In this document: in pieces, positions 19,264 to 30,244 of the stretch
Numbering within the stretch: the stretch's first letter is position 1
Layout of the letters: each line of letters begins with the position of its first letter
Origin: an uncultured Gemmatimonadaceae bacterium
GTDB lineage: Bacteria; Gemmatimonadota; Gemmatimonadetes; Gemmatimonadales; Gemmatimonadaceae
NCBI GenBank assembly: GCA_963817955.1
Contig: CAWFQK010000002.1
Coordinates: 1 to 64,000 of the forward strand
Length of the DNA stretch: 64,000 nucleotides
Direction of reading: 5' to 3'
The notes under the pieces: model-generated
The model's database searches: none
What the model was told of the DNA's origin: nothing
The model's input: only the letters and a program-made list of their open reading frames with translations
Position numbers and translations under genes: made by a program

Positions 19264-20552
19264 TCGTCGCTCCCCAGGTCGGCCGGGCGGTCTCGCATTG
19301 CGCCACCCCTCACCTCCGGTGCGTCGGCCCCTGAGACGACGAGGACGTCCAACCCTCGCCGCGCCCGCATCAACCGATCCACGATCGAGCCTCGGCGCAA
19401 TTGATACCAGCGCGATCGGCGCGTCTCGCCGACGATGGCCAGGGTCACGCCCCGCGCGGCGGCAAATCGTACGAGCGCCTCTGCAACATCCTCGCCCTCC
19501 AGTTTCACGACTTCGGCGCCGAGTGATTGCGCCAACTGGATGTTGTCGACAAGATGCCGCTGCAGCGTGCTGTCGATGCGCTCAGGGCGTTCGTCCGCGG
19601 TCTGCACGTAGACACAGAACCAATCGGAACTGAGTCGTCCCGCAATGCGGCTCGCTTTGCGCAGCAGCACGCGCGAGAGCGGCGGGTCGCTCGACAGGCA
19701 AGCCATGAGCCGATCGACCGTCCGGCGGGCCGGCATCACCCCACCACTCTCCGATCGCCGAACGATCTCTTCGCGCGAACGATCGACGGAGTTCGCCACT
19801 TCGCGCAACGCGAGCTCGCGAAGGGTGATCAGATTCTCGTCGGTGAAGAAGTTCGCGAGTGCAGTCGCGATCTTGTCCGCATGATAGATCTTGCCTTCGC
19901 GCAATCGCTGCCTGAGGTCTTCGGCGGAGATGTCGAGGTTGACAACCTGGTCGGCCTGGCCCAAGACCCAATCGGGCACCGTTTCACGAATCGTGACGCC
20001 GAGCTCACGTTCGAGAACATCGTTCAACGATTCCAGATGTTGCACGTTCACCGCAGTGATGACGTTGATCCCCTCGTCGAGTAACAGCATCACGTCCTGC
20101 CACCGCTTTCCATTTCGCGCGCCGGGCACATTGGTATGCGCGAGCTCGTCGACGATCGCGACTTGCGGACGCCGGGCAATCGCCGCATCCACGTCCATCT
20201 CCTCGAGTGTGACCCCGCGATATTCTATCTTTCTTCGCGGCACCACCTCGAGGTCGCCGAGTTGGGCGTTCGTTTCGGCGCGGCCGTGCGTTTCGACGAA
20301 ACCGACCACCACGTCAATGCCGCGACGCCGGAGATCATGTGCCTCCTGCAGCATGCGAAACGTCTTGCCCGTGCCGGCCGCCGAGCCGATATACACTTTG
20401 AGCTTGCCACGCTCACGCTGTCGGACCAGCGCAAGAAAATCCGAGCCTCCAGGCAAGCGCGTGGAGTCGGTGCGCCGCTCCTGACCGAGCGGCGGACCAG
20501 GGTCATCCGCGTCCGGCAGCGCTACCACGGTCGCGTGAGGGTCGCCAGGCAT
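19260..20552 (-). CDS. kdpD: KdpD N-terminal sensor domain plus universal stress protein domain (split KdpD)
   Basis: RGKLKVYIGSAAGTGKT, VETHGR, VDELAHTN, KRWQDV, LRELAL, then a USP domain; no TM or kinase part. Confidence 0.9.
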   Translation of the reverse strand: MPGDPHATVVALPDADDPGPPLGQERRTDSTRLPGGSDFLALVRQRERGKLKVYIGSAAGTGKTFRMLQEAHDLRRRGIDVVVGFVETHGRAETNAQLGDLEVVPRRKIEYRGVTLEEMDVDAAIARRPQVAIVDELAHTNVPGARNGKRWQDVMLLLDEGINVITAVNVQHLESLNDVLERELGVTIRETVPDWVLGQADQVVNLDISAEDLRQRLREGKIYHADKIATALANFFTDENLITLRELALREVANSVDRSREEIVRRSESGGVMPARRTVDRLMACLSSDPPLSRVLLRKASRIAGRLSSDWFCVYVQTADERPERIDSTLQRHLVDNIQLAQSLGAEVVKLEGEDVAEALVRFAAARGVTLAIVGETRRSRWYQLRRGSIVDRLMRARRGLDVLVVSGADAPEVRGGAMRDRPADLGSDE

Positions 20553-20583
20553 CCGTGACCACAGGATGCAGCGTTGGTCTTGC

Positions 20584-22179
20584 TCACGGCCGCACCGCCA
20601 GCTTCACCACCAACCAGTCGGCGAGCGTACCAAGAACGTCTGGTCCAATGCGATTCGTCCGCAGTTTGTCATAGTTGTTGAAATCACCGTTCGGGTCCTG
20701 GACGAAGAGATGGTTCGTCGAGGGAAATAGATGGACGGTGACGTCCTGATTGCCTCCGGCGCGAATGAGCGCCGCGAGCTTCTCGGCCTGATCTGCCGGC
20801 ACCTGACGGTCCGTCGCGCCCTGCAGGATGAGGGTGGGCGCCTTGACGCGTCGCGCTACGGGCGCCGGATCATACGACATCCAGAATTTCACCCATGGCA
20901 CCGTCTGCCGGGCAGGAGCGAGCGACGCCCGGGCAGCACGAAGCAGCGAGTCACGCTGTGACGGCCTGAGCGTGGTGTCACGGTCGACGATGTACTTGTT
21001 CTGCGCCATGCTGATCTCAATGCCGGGTTCGCCCGGGCCCGCCATGACGACCATCGCTTTGAGTCGCGGGTCCGTCGCGGCGATCATCGGCGCGATCGCT
21101 CCGCCCTCGCTATGGCCGATCAGACCGATTCGGGCGGGATCGATGTCGCGGCGCTCACGGAGATAGGCGATGGCGGCGCGGATGTCGTCGGCGAAGTCGG
21201 CGCTCGTGGCGCCCACCGCGTCACCGCTCGAGGCGCCGAGCCCGCGATCATCGAGCCGGAGCACCGCGATGCCTCGGCGACTCAGCGTGTCCGCCACTTG
21301 TCGGAACAGACGAATGCCGCCGGCGAAGGGAATGTATTCGTCACGGTCCTGCTGCCCGGACCCCGTGATAGTCACGACCGCTGGCACTGGGCCAGCCGCG
21401 CCGACCGGCTTGGTCAGTGTTCCTCCAAGCGGCCCGGCGGGGCCGGAAATTCGCACCTCTTCCGCTGTATATGGTGCGCCCGCGGGCGCGGAATAGTCTG
21501 GCTTTGGCGCGATCGAACTGTCGCGCAGTGCCACGTGGAGCCCGGCGGCTGCCTCGGGACCCAACCGCGCGAACTCGAGGTTCGATCCCGCGATCACGCC
21601 GCCGAGGATTCGTCCGACCGGATCCACGCGGAATCGCTCGACCTGGCGAGCGATCGTGACTGTCATGGAATCTTCGCTGACCGGGCGGACCGCAACATCG
21701 AGCGTGGCACCTCCGTTGATCGCGAAATAGGGAATGTTCGCCATGCCACCGGATGCCCGTGCGCGACGGGTGAAGATCTCGGTGAGGGCGAGCGCATTGT
21801 TGAACATGGGGATCGCACCGGACTTGGTTCCGACGCGCTGAATGCCGGCCGGCGTCTCGGCCAGGACGGTGTCTCCTTGCATTACCATCCGAACGCGCTG
21901 CGACGGTTGCGCGGTAGGCGCCGCGCCGGGCGCGAAGACGCCGATCGACAACGAGCGAACCCCGTCGTTCGGCCCAAGCACAGCGAGATAGTCGATTCGC
22001 GGCTGGCCTTTCACCTGCACCGAACCCTGGAGGGTGTCACCAGCACGAATGAAGCGATCGACGACCACCGTATCTGCTCCCCGGTGGATGATCAACGCGC
22101 CCCTGTCGGCGGCGGTTTGGGCGGACAAAGGTAGGCTGGTCATTGCGGCCAGCGCGATGATGCGAGCCAGAGTGTGCAC
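20584..22179 (-). CDS. Secreted alpha/beta-fold hydrolase (aminopeptidase-like)
   Basis: Signal peptide, GSGQQDRD, GHSEGG nucleophile motif, D-x-QV, NHLF. Confidence 0.85.
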   Translation of the reverse strand: MHTLARIIALAAMTSLPLSAQTAADRGALIIHRGADTVVVDRFIRAGDTLQGSVQVKGQPRIDYLAVLGPNDGVRSLSIGVFAPGAAPTAQPSQRVRMVMQGDTVLAETPAGIQRVGTKSGAIPMFNNALALTEIFTRRARASGGMANIPYFAINGGATLDVAVRPVSEDSMTVTIARQVERFRVDPVGRILGGVIAGSNLEFARLGPEAAAGLHVALRDSSIAPKPDYSAPAGAPYTAEEVRISGPAGPLGGTLTKPVGAAGPVPAVVTITGSGQQDRDEYIPFAGGIRLFRQVADTLSRRGIAVLRLDDRGLGASSGDAVGATSADFADDIRAAIAYLRERRDIDPARIGLIGHSEGGAIAPMIAATDPRLKAMVVMAGPGEPGIEISMAQNKYIVDRDTTLRPSQRDSLLRAARASLAPARQTVPWVKFWMSYDPAPVARRVKAPTLILQGATDRQVPADQAEKLAALIRAGGNQDVTVHLFPSTNHLFVQDPNGDFNNYDKLRTNRIGPDVLGTLADWLVVKLAVRP

Positions 22180-22252
22180 CGTTCGCTCCTGAGTAACACG
22201 GATGGTCCTACGCCGGCGATCCGACGCCGCCAGCTGCTCTCGTCACGATCCG

Positions 22253-23375
22253 TCAGTAGACGTATGAGAGGCCAAGACCGAAGGATAGTTGATCGCGGTG
22301 CGCGGCAAACACTGGCAGCGTGGAGTGGTCGTAGCGAAGCTCCGGGCGCAGCAGCGCGTGGTCCCAGCGCTTGATGTTGAGTGTCGCGGTGGTACTTCCC
22401 ACTCTGAGGCCCCTGTTCACCGGGAACCCAAGCACGCCGGACGTCCGCGAGCCGTCCCGGTCATTCATAAGATCGCCGCGCACCGCGAGCGTCGCGCTCT
22501 GGGAAACGTCATACATGAGCCAGACCCCCGCCGCGTACCAGGTCGCCCGCCCCCCGTCGGCGGCGGCACCATCTTCCTGCCCATAATCGAGTTGGATCTG
22601 CGCGGTGGCGGCAGAGGTGATCTTTCGAGACGCCAGCGCATTGACCCCAGAACGCTTGTTGTCGGTATTCCCCGGCTGCTCCGGCCCTGTGTAGCCCACG
22701 AGCGCGATGAGCGTTCTATCATCCGGTGTCAGCCCGAGGCGGGCCATGACGGTCTTGCCAGCATTGACATCGGTGACCTGATCCCAGCCGTTGCTCATCC
22801 GCACCTCCGCGTCGAATTTCGGCCCAAACTTGCCGTCCAGCTCGACGCCTGTTTCGGTGAACGGCTCCACGAAGACGTCCTGGTATCCAACGCCCAGATT
22901 GGGATTGAGGATATCCTCTCCCACCTCCACGCCCATGAGCGTTGCCATCTTTCCGCCCTTGAGCTGCAGGTACCTGGACGAGCCACTCAATGGCAGGTTG
23001 AGCACAATGTACGACTGCCAGATGTCCGCATCGGGGCCAAGATCGAGGCCAACCGACTTCACCGGCGCGGCATTCTGCCCGAACCAAGCCTTCAAAATGG
23101 AAGCCTGCAGCAACACGATCCGTTGGCGCAACTCGCTCCAGGGTAACGTTACCAACGTTGAGCATGAATTCATTGTGGCGTCGATCATAGGCCCGGCCGA
23201 CGATGGTATCGCCGGCGGGATGCGTGCTGTATGTGTAGCTCGTCGTCGCGTAGCCGGTGACGTTCACGGGGCCGAGCGTTGTATCCGCCGCCCGCGTTGA
23301 ATCCGGCTGCTGACCGGCAAGGACCAGCGGATAAGCAACGCCGGCCGCAGCGGCCAGCCACAGGGTCCGTTTCAT
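22253..23375 (-). pseudogene. Outer-membrane beta-barrel porin (OmpL/BBP2-like) with one frameshift near 23090
   Basis: Signal peptide MKRTLWLAAAAG in one frame joins AWFGQNAA...NGWD...RPELRYDHS...LSYVY in another; may be a sequencing error. Confidence 0.7.
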
Positions 23376-23394
23376 CAAGGAGGTCACCGTTGTG

Positions 23395-23999
23395 TTAGGC
23401 GCTGCAGCCGCCGGCCGTTGCATCACGCTATCGAGCGCGATGTTGAGCAGCAGAACGTTGACGCGCGGCTCGCCGAAGAAGCCGAATTGGCGGCCTTCCA
23501 CGTGCCGGTCGACGCAGCGCGCGAACCGCGGCGGAATCGACGCCGCGCGCGCGCGCGACGCGCGCGACCTGCAGGTAGGCGTTCGCCGGCGAGATGTGCG
23601 GGTCGAGCCCGGAGCCGGACGACGTCACCATGTCGCGACGGAATGCTTCCCCTTCACGCCGCCGTCGTTCTTGACCGCGCTGTCCACGGCCTGCGCGATG
23701 AGCGTGTCGGCGAGCTTGCGGTCGGTCGGCCCCTTGTTCGTTCCGCCGGACGCCGTGCGCATCGTACCCGTTGCCCGCGGCCGATGGACGCGGGTGGAAG
23801 TACTCGGGACGGCGTGAACGACTGGCCGATCAGTGCACTGCCAACCACTCGGCCGTTCACCGTGACCAGCGAACCGTTCGCCTGCCCGGGGAACAGTAGC
23901 TGCGCCAGACCCGTCACCACGCCGGGATAGATCGAGACCCGTGATGATGCACAGCACCAGCGTCATCGCGATCGCCGGCCGGAGTTGTTTGCGAAGCAT
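23395..23999 (-). pseudogene. kdpC: K+-transporting ATPase subunit C, multiple frameshifts
   Basis: [43 protein letters not shown] and [11 protein letters not shown] spread over different frames; 3' end uncertain. Confidence 0.85.
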
Positions 24000-24021
24000 G
24001 AACGTGCTCCTCAGCAGGTCG

Positions 24022-26207
24022 TCACGACGCGAGATGCGTCATGACGAGCAGCATGTCGATGAGCTTGATGCCGACGAACGGCACGACGAGCCCGCCAAAG
24101 CCGTAGACGAACAGATTGCGTCGCAGGATCGCGGCGGCCGGCGCGGGCCGGTACGCCACGCCGCGCAGCGCAAGCGGAATGAGCGCGATGATGATGAGCG
24201 CGTTGAAGATCACGCTCGCCAGGATGGCCGACTGCGGCGAATGCAGCCGCATCACGTTGAGCGCCTGCAGCGCTGGATACGTCGCGACGAACATCGCCGG
24301 GATGATCGCGAAGTACTTCGCTACGTCGTTGGCGATCGAGAAGGTGGTGAGCGAGCCACGCGTCATGAGCAGCTGCTTCCCGATCTCGACGATCTCGATG
24401 AGCTTGGTCGGATTGGAGTCGAGGTCGATCATGTTGCCGGCTTCCTTGGCCGCCTGCGTGCCGGTGTTCATCGCCACGCCGACGTCGGCCTGCGCGAGCG
24501 CCGGCGCGTCATTCGTTCCGTCGCCGGTCATCGCGACCAGCCGGCCACCGGCCTGCTCGCGCTTGATCAGCGCCATCTTGTCTTCCGGCTTCGCCTCGGC
24601 GAGGAAGTCGTCCACGCCGGCTTCCTTCGCGATGGCCGCAGCCGTCAGCGGGTTGTCGCCCGTGATCATCACCGTGCGAATGCCCATGGCCCGGAGGCGA
24701 TCGAATCGCTCGCGGATGCCGCCTTTCACGATATCCTTCAGGTAGATGACGCCCAGGACCCGCGCGCCCGCGCCGTGTCCGCTGCCCGCTCGGCGACCAC
24801 GAGCGGCGTCCCGCCTTCGCGGGCGATGTGCTGCGATCGTCTGCTTCGAGGTCGTGCGGAGCTGTGCCCCCCTGCTCGCGCACCCATGCGAGCACTGCGT
24901 CGCCGGCGCCCTTCCGAACCTCGATACGCCCTCGCTATCCACACCACTCATGCGCGTCTGGCGCTGAAGGGCATGAACTGCAGTGTCACGATGGCCGTCG
25001 GTGCTGCCCCGCCCACGTTCGCGCCCGCGAATGCCGAACTTCGTCCTTCGCGAGCACGACGATGCTGCGGCCTTCGGGCGTCTCGTCGGGAAGCGACGAG
25101 AGCTGCGCGCGGTCGGCCAGGAGCTCCGGTGAAACTCACGCCCACTGGCATGAACTCCGACGGCCTGGCGGTTGCCGAGCGTGATGGTCCCGTCTTGTCG
25201 AGCAGCAGCGTGTTCACGTCTCCCGCGGCTTCGACCGCGCGCCCGCTCATCGCGATGACGTTCTGCTGGATCATGCGATCCATTCCGGCAATACCGATGG
25301 CCGAGAGCAGCCCGCCAATCGTCGTCGGAATGAGACAGACGAGCAGCGCGATCAGCACCGGGATCGTCGTCGCGGCGCCGCTGTAGACGGCGAACGGCTG
25401 TAGCGTCGCCACCGCGAACAGGAAGATGATCGTGAGCCCCGACAGCAGGATCGTCAGCGCGATCTCGTTCGGCGTCTTCTGACGCGACGCCCCTTCTACG
25501 AGGGCGATCATGCGATCGAGGAATGTCTCGCCAGGATTCGCGGTGATGCGAATGACGAGATAGTCGGACAACACCTTGTCCCGCCGGTGACGGCCGATCG
25601 GTCACCGCCGCTCTCGCGGATGACCGGGGCGCGACTCGCCAGTGATGGCCGCTCTCGTCCACCGACGCCACGCCCTCGATCACTTCGCCGTCGCCTGGAA
25701 TGACGTCGCCGGGCAGGCAGAGCACGAGGTCGCCTCGCCGCAACGCCTCGGCGCGGACATCCGCATACCGCGCGTGATCGAGTGCGCCGTTGCCCGCCGA
25801 GAGCAACCGCTTGGCCGCCGTCTGCGTGCGCGACTTGCGCAGCGTATCCGCCTGCGCCTTGCCGCGCCCCTCGGCCATCGCCTCCGCGAAGTTCGCGAAC
25901 AGAACGGTGAACCAGAGCCAGAGCGCGATCTGGAGGGTGAAGCCCCATTCCGGCTGGCCCTGACCGCAACGTCGCGCAAAGCACGAGCGTCGTGTAGGAC
26001 GCTGCCGATGAGCACGACGAACATCACCGGATTCCGCACCATGTGACGCGGATGCAGCTTGATGAACGCGTCGCGGATGGCCCGCCGCACGATCGGCGGA
26101 TCGAACAGGGGCCGCTTGCGACTGGCATGCTGCTGCTGCGCCGCGTCGCGGGCGGTGGGGCGCGCGCCGGCTGGCGACGCGCTCGGGAGTGTCGGAGTAG
26201 TCGTCAT
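24022..26207 (-). pseudogene. kdpB: K+-transporting ATPase subunit B, multiple frameshifts
   Basis: [60 protein letters not shown] in several frames. Confidence 0.92.
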
Positions 26208-26209
26208 GG

Positions 26210-27951
26210 TCAGAAGAGCCTCCCCGCACCCATCAGCAGGTGCTCGACGATCGGCCCGAGCGAGAGCGCCGGAAAGAAGGTGAGTGCGCTGACGATCAGG
26301 ATCGACCGAGACGAGCAGCACCACGAACAGCGGCGTCGTGACGGGAAAGGTGCCGGCCGATCTCGGGTGCGACCTTCTTCTCGGCCAGGAAGCCGGCGAG
26401 CGCCAGCATGCGGCACGATCATCGCGAACCGGCCGAATGAGCGTGTTCACGCCGAGCATGGTGTTGTAGTACGTAGGTGGTGCCGGTCAGGCCGGCGAAC
26501 GCGCTGCCGTTGTTCGCCGCCGTCGAGCGAGAAGGCATAGAGGATCTCCGACAGACCGTGTGGCCCGCGCGTTGTTCAGTCCCTTGAAGTCCGGCCGGCA
26601 GCAACGACCGACGACCGCCGTCATGGTCAGAATTGCCACCGGGAAGATCAGCACGAAGAGCATCGCCATCTGGACTTCGCGGGCCTGAATCTTCTTGCCC
26701 AGATACTCCGGCGTGCGCCCGACCATGAGGCCGGCGATGAACACCGTGAGCACGACCATCATCAGCATGCCGTAGAGCCCGGCACCGACACCGCCGAACA
26801 CCACTTCGCCGAGCTGCATGTTCACGAGCGGCACGAGTCCGCCGATCGGCGTGAACGAGTCGTGCATCGCGTTCACCGCGCCGCACGACGCGTCGGTCGT
26901 GACCGTCGCAAAGAGCGCGGAGTTCGCGATCCCGAACCGCACCTCCTTCCCTCCATGTTGCCGCCCGGATTGCGTCGCGGATGGCGACGACGTCCACACC
27001 GCGCGCCGCATGGATCGGATTGCCGCGCGCCTCGGCCCAGTAGGCCGTGGTCACACCGGCGAAGAACAGCACGAACATCGCGGCCCAGACCGCCCATCCG
27101 TGCCTGCTGGTTCTTCACCATGCGGCCGAGCAGGTACGTCAGCGCGGACGGGATCATGAAGATCGCGAACATTGCCCAGAAGTTGGACCACGGCGTGGGA
27201 TTCTCGAACGGATGCGCGGAGTTGGCGTTGAAGAACCCGCCGCCATTGGTGCCGAGCTGCTTGATCGACCTCCTGGCTCGCGACCGGCCCCATGGCGAGG
27301 GTCTGCTTCGCGCCCTCGAGCGTCACGACGTCGAGATACGGCTTGAAGTTCTGGATCACGCCCTGCTGCACGAAGAGCAGCGACAGAACGAGCGACAGAA
27401 CGGGCAGCAGGACGTACAGCGTGCCGCGCACGAGATCCGACCCAGAAATTGCCGATGCCGGCCGGCCGAGCGGCGCGCGATCCCGCGCACGAAGGCGACC
27501 GCGACCGCCATGCCGACCGCCGCCGAGGCGAAGTTGTGGAACGCCAACTGCGTCATCTGCGAGAAGTACGACATCGTCGTCTCGCCGGAGTACGACTGCC
27601 AGTTGGTGTTGGTCGTGAACGACGCCGCCGTCTCGAACGCCTGCCGATCGGGCACCGCTGCGAGGTGCTGCGGGTTGAGCGGCAGCAGGTGCTGCAGTCG
27701 CAGAACACGGCATAGGTGAGCAGCATGCGTCGCGGCGCTGAAGAGCAGCATCGCGGCCGCATACCGCGTCCAGTGCTGGTCCTCGTCCGGATCCACGCCG
27801 CACAGGCGATAGAGCAGCGCGCTCCACCGGCGCGCAGCCACCGGTGATCGAGCCGTCGTACACCGCGCACGAGGTATATCCCGAGCGGCTTGGCGACGAG
27901 CAGCACGCAGGCGCTGAAGAACAGGATTTGGAGCCAGCCGTTGAGAGTCAT
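26210..27951 (-). pseudogene. kdpA: K+-transporting ATPase subunit A, multiple frameshifts
   Basis: [78 protein letters not shown] in several frames. Confidence 0.92.
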
Positions 27952-27960
27952 GGATCGGTC

Positions 27961-28050
27961 TCAGAACTTTTCGGGCCGCAACAAGGTGTAGACCAGGTAG
28001 ACGAGAATGGCGACCGCCAGCACGCCGGCGATCCAGCTGTCATTTGTCAT
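27961..28050 (-). CDS. kdpF: K+-transporting ATPase subunit F (not in ORF track)
   Basis: Hand translation MTNDSWIAGVLAVAILVYLVYTLLRPEKF*, with the YL..L..PEKF signature; GGAG RBS. Confidence 0.92.
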   Translation of the reverse strand: MTNDSWIAGVLAVAILVYLVYTLLRPEKF

Positions 28051-28171
28051 TGCTGTTCTCCTGCACGCGATCGGCTTCCGGGGTGCGTCCCAGTCGCTCG
28101 CAGCCCGCGACGTAGAGGATCATCACGGCGAAGAAGACAACGCTACCGACGACGTATGCGAGATCCATCAT
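28040..28171 (-). CDS. Small single-TM peptide upstream of kdpF (not in ORF track)
   Basis: Hand translation MMDLAYVVGSVVFFAVMILYVAGCERLGRTPEADRVQENSNDK*; GGAGA RBS; overlaps the kdpF start. Confidence 0.7.
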   Translation of the reverse strand: MMDLAYVVGSVVFFAVMILYVAGCERLGRTPEADRVQENSNDK

Positions 28172-28285
28172 GCGTTGAGGTCTCCAGGTGATGTGATTTG
28201 AAAGGGCCAAGACGATCAAGCGAATCCGATGGGGAGAATGCTACAAGACACCCCACAAACGCCGCACAAACAAACCGGCTGGCGA

Positions 28286-28306
28286 CCATAAAAACTTCGT
28301 AAAAGG
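28286..28306 (-). promoter_or_regulatory. Putative KdpE-binding site
   Basis: Minus strand ccttttacgaagtttttatgg: TTTAC/TTTAT direct repeat with 11-bp period upstream of the kdp operon, similar to the T-rich E. coli KdpE site. Confidence 0.65.
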
Positions 28307-28435
28307 ACTCGCACGAGACCGTGCGGATCGCCACCACGTGTCAAAGTGCGGGTTCTCCCCGCCTCGGCCAATAGCCATTCCACCATCGCCTGTCGGGCAT
28401 GTCACGACGGTACTCGCCGGGAGTTGTGACTCCGT

Positions 28436-30244
28436 CTACGCTGAGCGACCGTGGCCATTCGACGGGGAATCTCGCTCCTGACCAGGATCATCGGCCGCCG
28501 CCAGCTCGAGCGTGAACACCGAGCCGCCCTCCGCGCGTGGCGCAAATCGGACCGATCCGCCCTGGGCTTCCGCCAACCCGAGCGCAATCGACAACCCGAG
28601 CCCGTGGCCGCGAACGTCCGGCGGCACGCCAGGCGGCCGGTAGAACGGCTCGAAGATGCGCTCGCGTTCATTCGCAGGAACGCCTGGCCCGGCATCCATG
28701 ACGTCGATCAACAACCGATGATCCCGGCGCCTCGCCCGAACATCTACCCGGCTGCCGGCGGACGAGTACTTGGCCGCATTGTCGAGCAAATTGACTACGA
28801 TGCGGAGCGATTGCGTGAAGTCGAACAGGCCGACGAGGAGCTCGTCCTCCGGCGTATCGACCTCGACATGACGACCGCGGAGCACGCCGGACGCGGCGCG
28901 CAGCGCGGCGCCAAGCAAGTCATCGACCGTGTTCACGGCAAGCGTTGGACGAACGGCGTGTGCGTAGATCCGCGAAAGATCGAGGAGGTCACTGACGAGG
29001 GCATTGAGACGGTCGGCCTCGGCCTCGATGTCTGCCGCGCGGCTCGGAGCCCCTCCGTGCACTATTTCGTTAGCGATCCCCTTGATCGTCGTCAGTGGCG
29101 TCCGAAGGTCGTGCGAGACTGCCGTCAACAACGCGTTGCGCAGGCTCTCGACCCGGCGCTCCGCCTCGGCGCGCTCTGCCGTCGCCACCAGTCGAGCGCG
29201 CTCGGCGCCGAGCGCCGCGTAATAGGCCAGCGCAATCAGAAGCCGCGCCTGCTCGGGCTTCAACATCAGCTCGTCGGCTGCCGCAATCCGGAGCACGCCC
29301 GCCGTGCGGTCGCGAACCTGAAGCGGCAGCGCCAGCGCCCGAACCGCCGGTCGATCAACCGCACCCCACGCCGCTCTTTCGGAACGGCCAAAGATCTCGA
29401 GAAACCGTTCGGCCATCGTCGGGGGTTGGGGACGCGTGACCGCGCGCACGGCGGCGGCGGTGTCCTGTCGGGCCTCCCGCAGTTGTGGCCCAGCGTGCAA
29501 CGACACCGGTGGCAGATCGTGCGCCACGCGGACTGTTCCGTCGGCGAGCTCTACGGCGCTCGCGCCATGTTCGGCGATCCACGTAGGAAGACTTCCTGGT
29601 TTCACCGCCTGGTGCCCCGCAGCAATCAATTTCAACTGGCGATCTCGAACGCCATCATCGTCGGCATGTTCGGCGCTCCCTCGCTCCGCACGCGCCACCA
29701 GCGAGATGCCGCCGTCGATTCCGCGGAGGAAAATGTCGCATACGTCAGCATCTACGGAGTTGCGGATGACGTCTGCGATCGCACGCAATGCCTCGTCCGC
29801 GTCGGCGGCATTGAGCGTTTCGGCGCCGAGCGCTGCAAGCCGGTCGACCTCGACTGCGCGCTGCGTCGCCGCCTCCGCGGTCGCGCTCGCACGATACAGC
29901 AGTTGCGCGGCGACGGCGCTCGTCACCAGAAAAGCGATCAGGACGAGCCAGTCGAGCGGGTTGGTGATCGTGAGCGTGTTGTACGGAGGCAGGAAGAACA
30001 GGTCGAAGCAGAGAAACCCGATTCCGGCGACCGTGAGCCCGAGTGCGCGGCCGCCGGCCGCGCTCGCGCCGAGGACGACGAGCAGATAGACGAGCGCCAC
30101 ATGCGCTTTGTCGAGCGAGGCGCGAACGAAATACATGCCGGCCGTGACGGCACATAACACCGTGCCGGCGACGACCCAACGGACAACGGCGTCTCGTCGC
30201 GCTCGAGAGACGATGCCTCCGGCCGGCAGATCGGGTTGGGTCAC
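28436..30244 (-). CDS. kdpD: KdpD C-terminal part (DUF4118 4-TM, GAF, histidine kinase)
   Basis: FDLFFLPPYNTLTI, AVSHDLRTPLT, NLLDNAAKYS, DAGPG, GLGL; ATGA overlap with kdpE. Confidence 0.9.
   Translation of the reverse strand: MTQPDLPAGGIVSRARRDAVVRWVVAGTVLCAVTAGMYFVRASLDKAHVALVYLLVVLGASAAGGRALGLTVAGIGFLCFDLFFLPPYNTLTITNPLDWLVLIAFLVTSAVAAQLLYRASATAEAATQRAVEVDRLAALGAETLNAADADEALRAIADVIRNSVDADVCDIFLRGIDGGISLVARAERGSAEHADDDGVRDRQLKLIAAGHQAVKPGSLPTWIAEHGASAVELADGTVRVAHDLPPVSLHAGPQLREARQDTAAAVRAVTRPQPPTMAERFLEIFGRSERAAWGAVDRPAVRALALPLQVRDRTAGVLRIAAADELMLKPEQARLLIALAYYAALGAERARLVATAERAEAERRVESLRNALLTAVSHDLRTPLTTIKGIANEIVHGGAPSRAADIEAEADRLNALVSDLLDLSRIYAHAVRPTLAVNTVDDLLGAALRAASGVLRGRHVEVDTPEDELLVGLFDFTQSLRIVVNLLDNAAKYSSAGSRVDVRARRRDHRLLIDVMDAGPGVPANERERIFEPFYRPPGVPPDVRGHGLGLSIALGLAEAQGGSVRFAPRAEGGSVFTLELAAADDPGQERDSPSNGHGRSA

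Noticed and set aside
23375..23501. KdpC-porin in-frame fusion
   Set aside because: The porin has its own signal peptide, a TAA lies in a neighbouring frame at 23395, and the region is indel-rich
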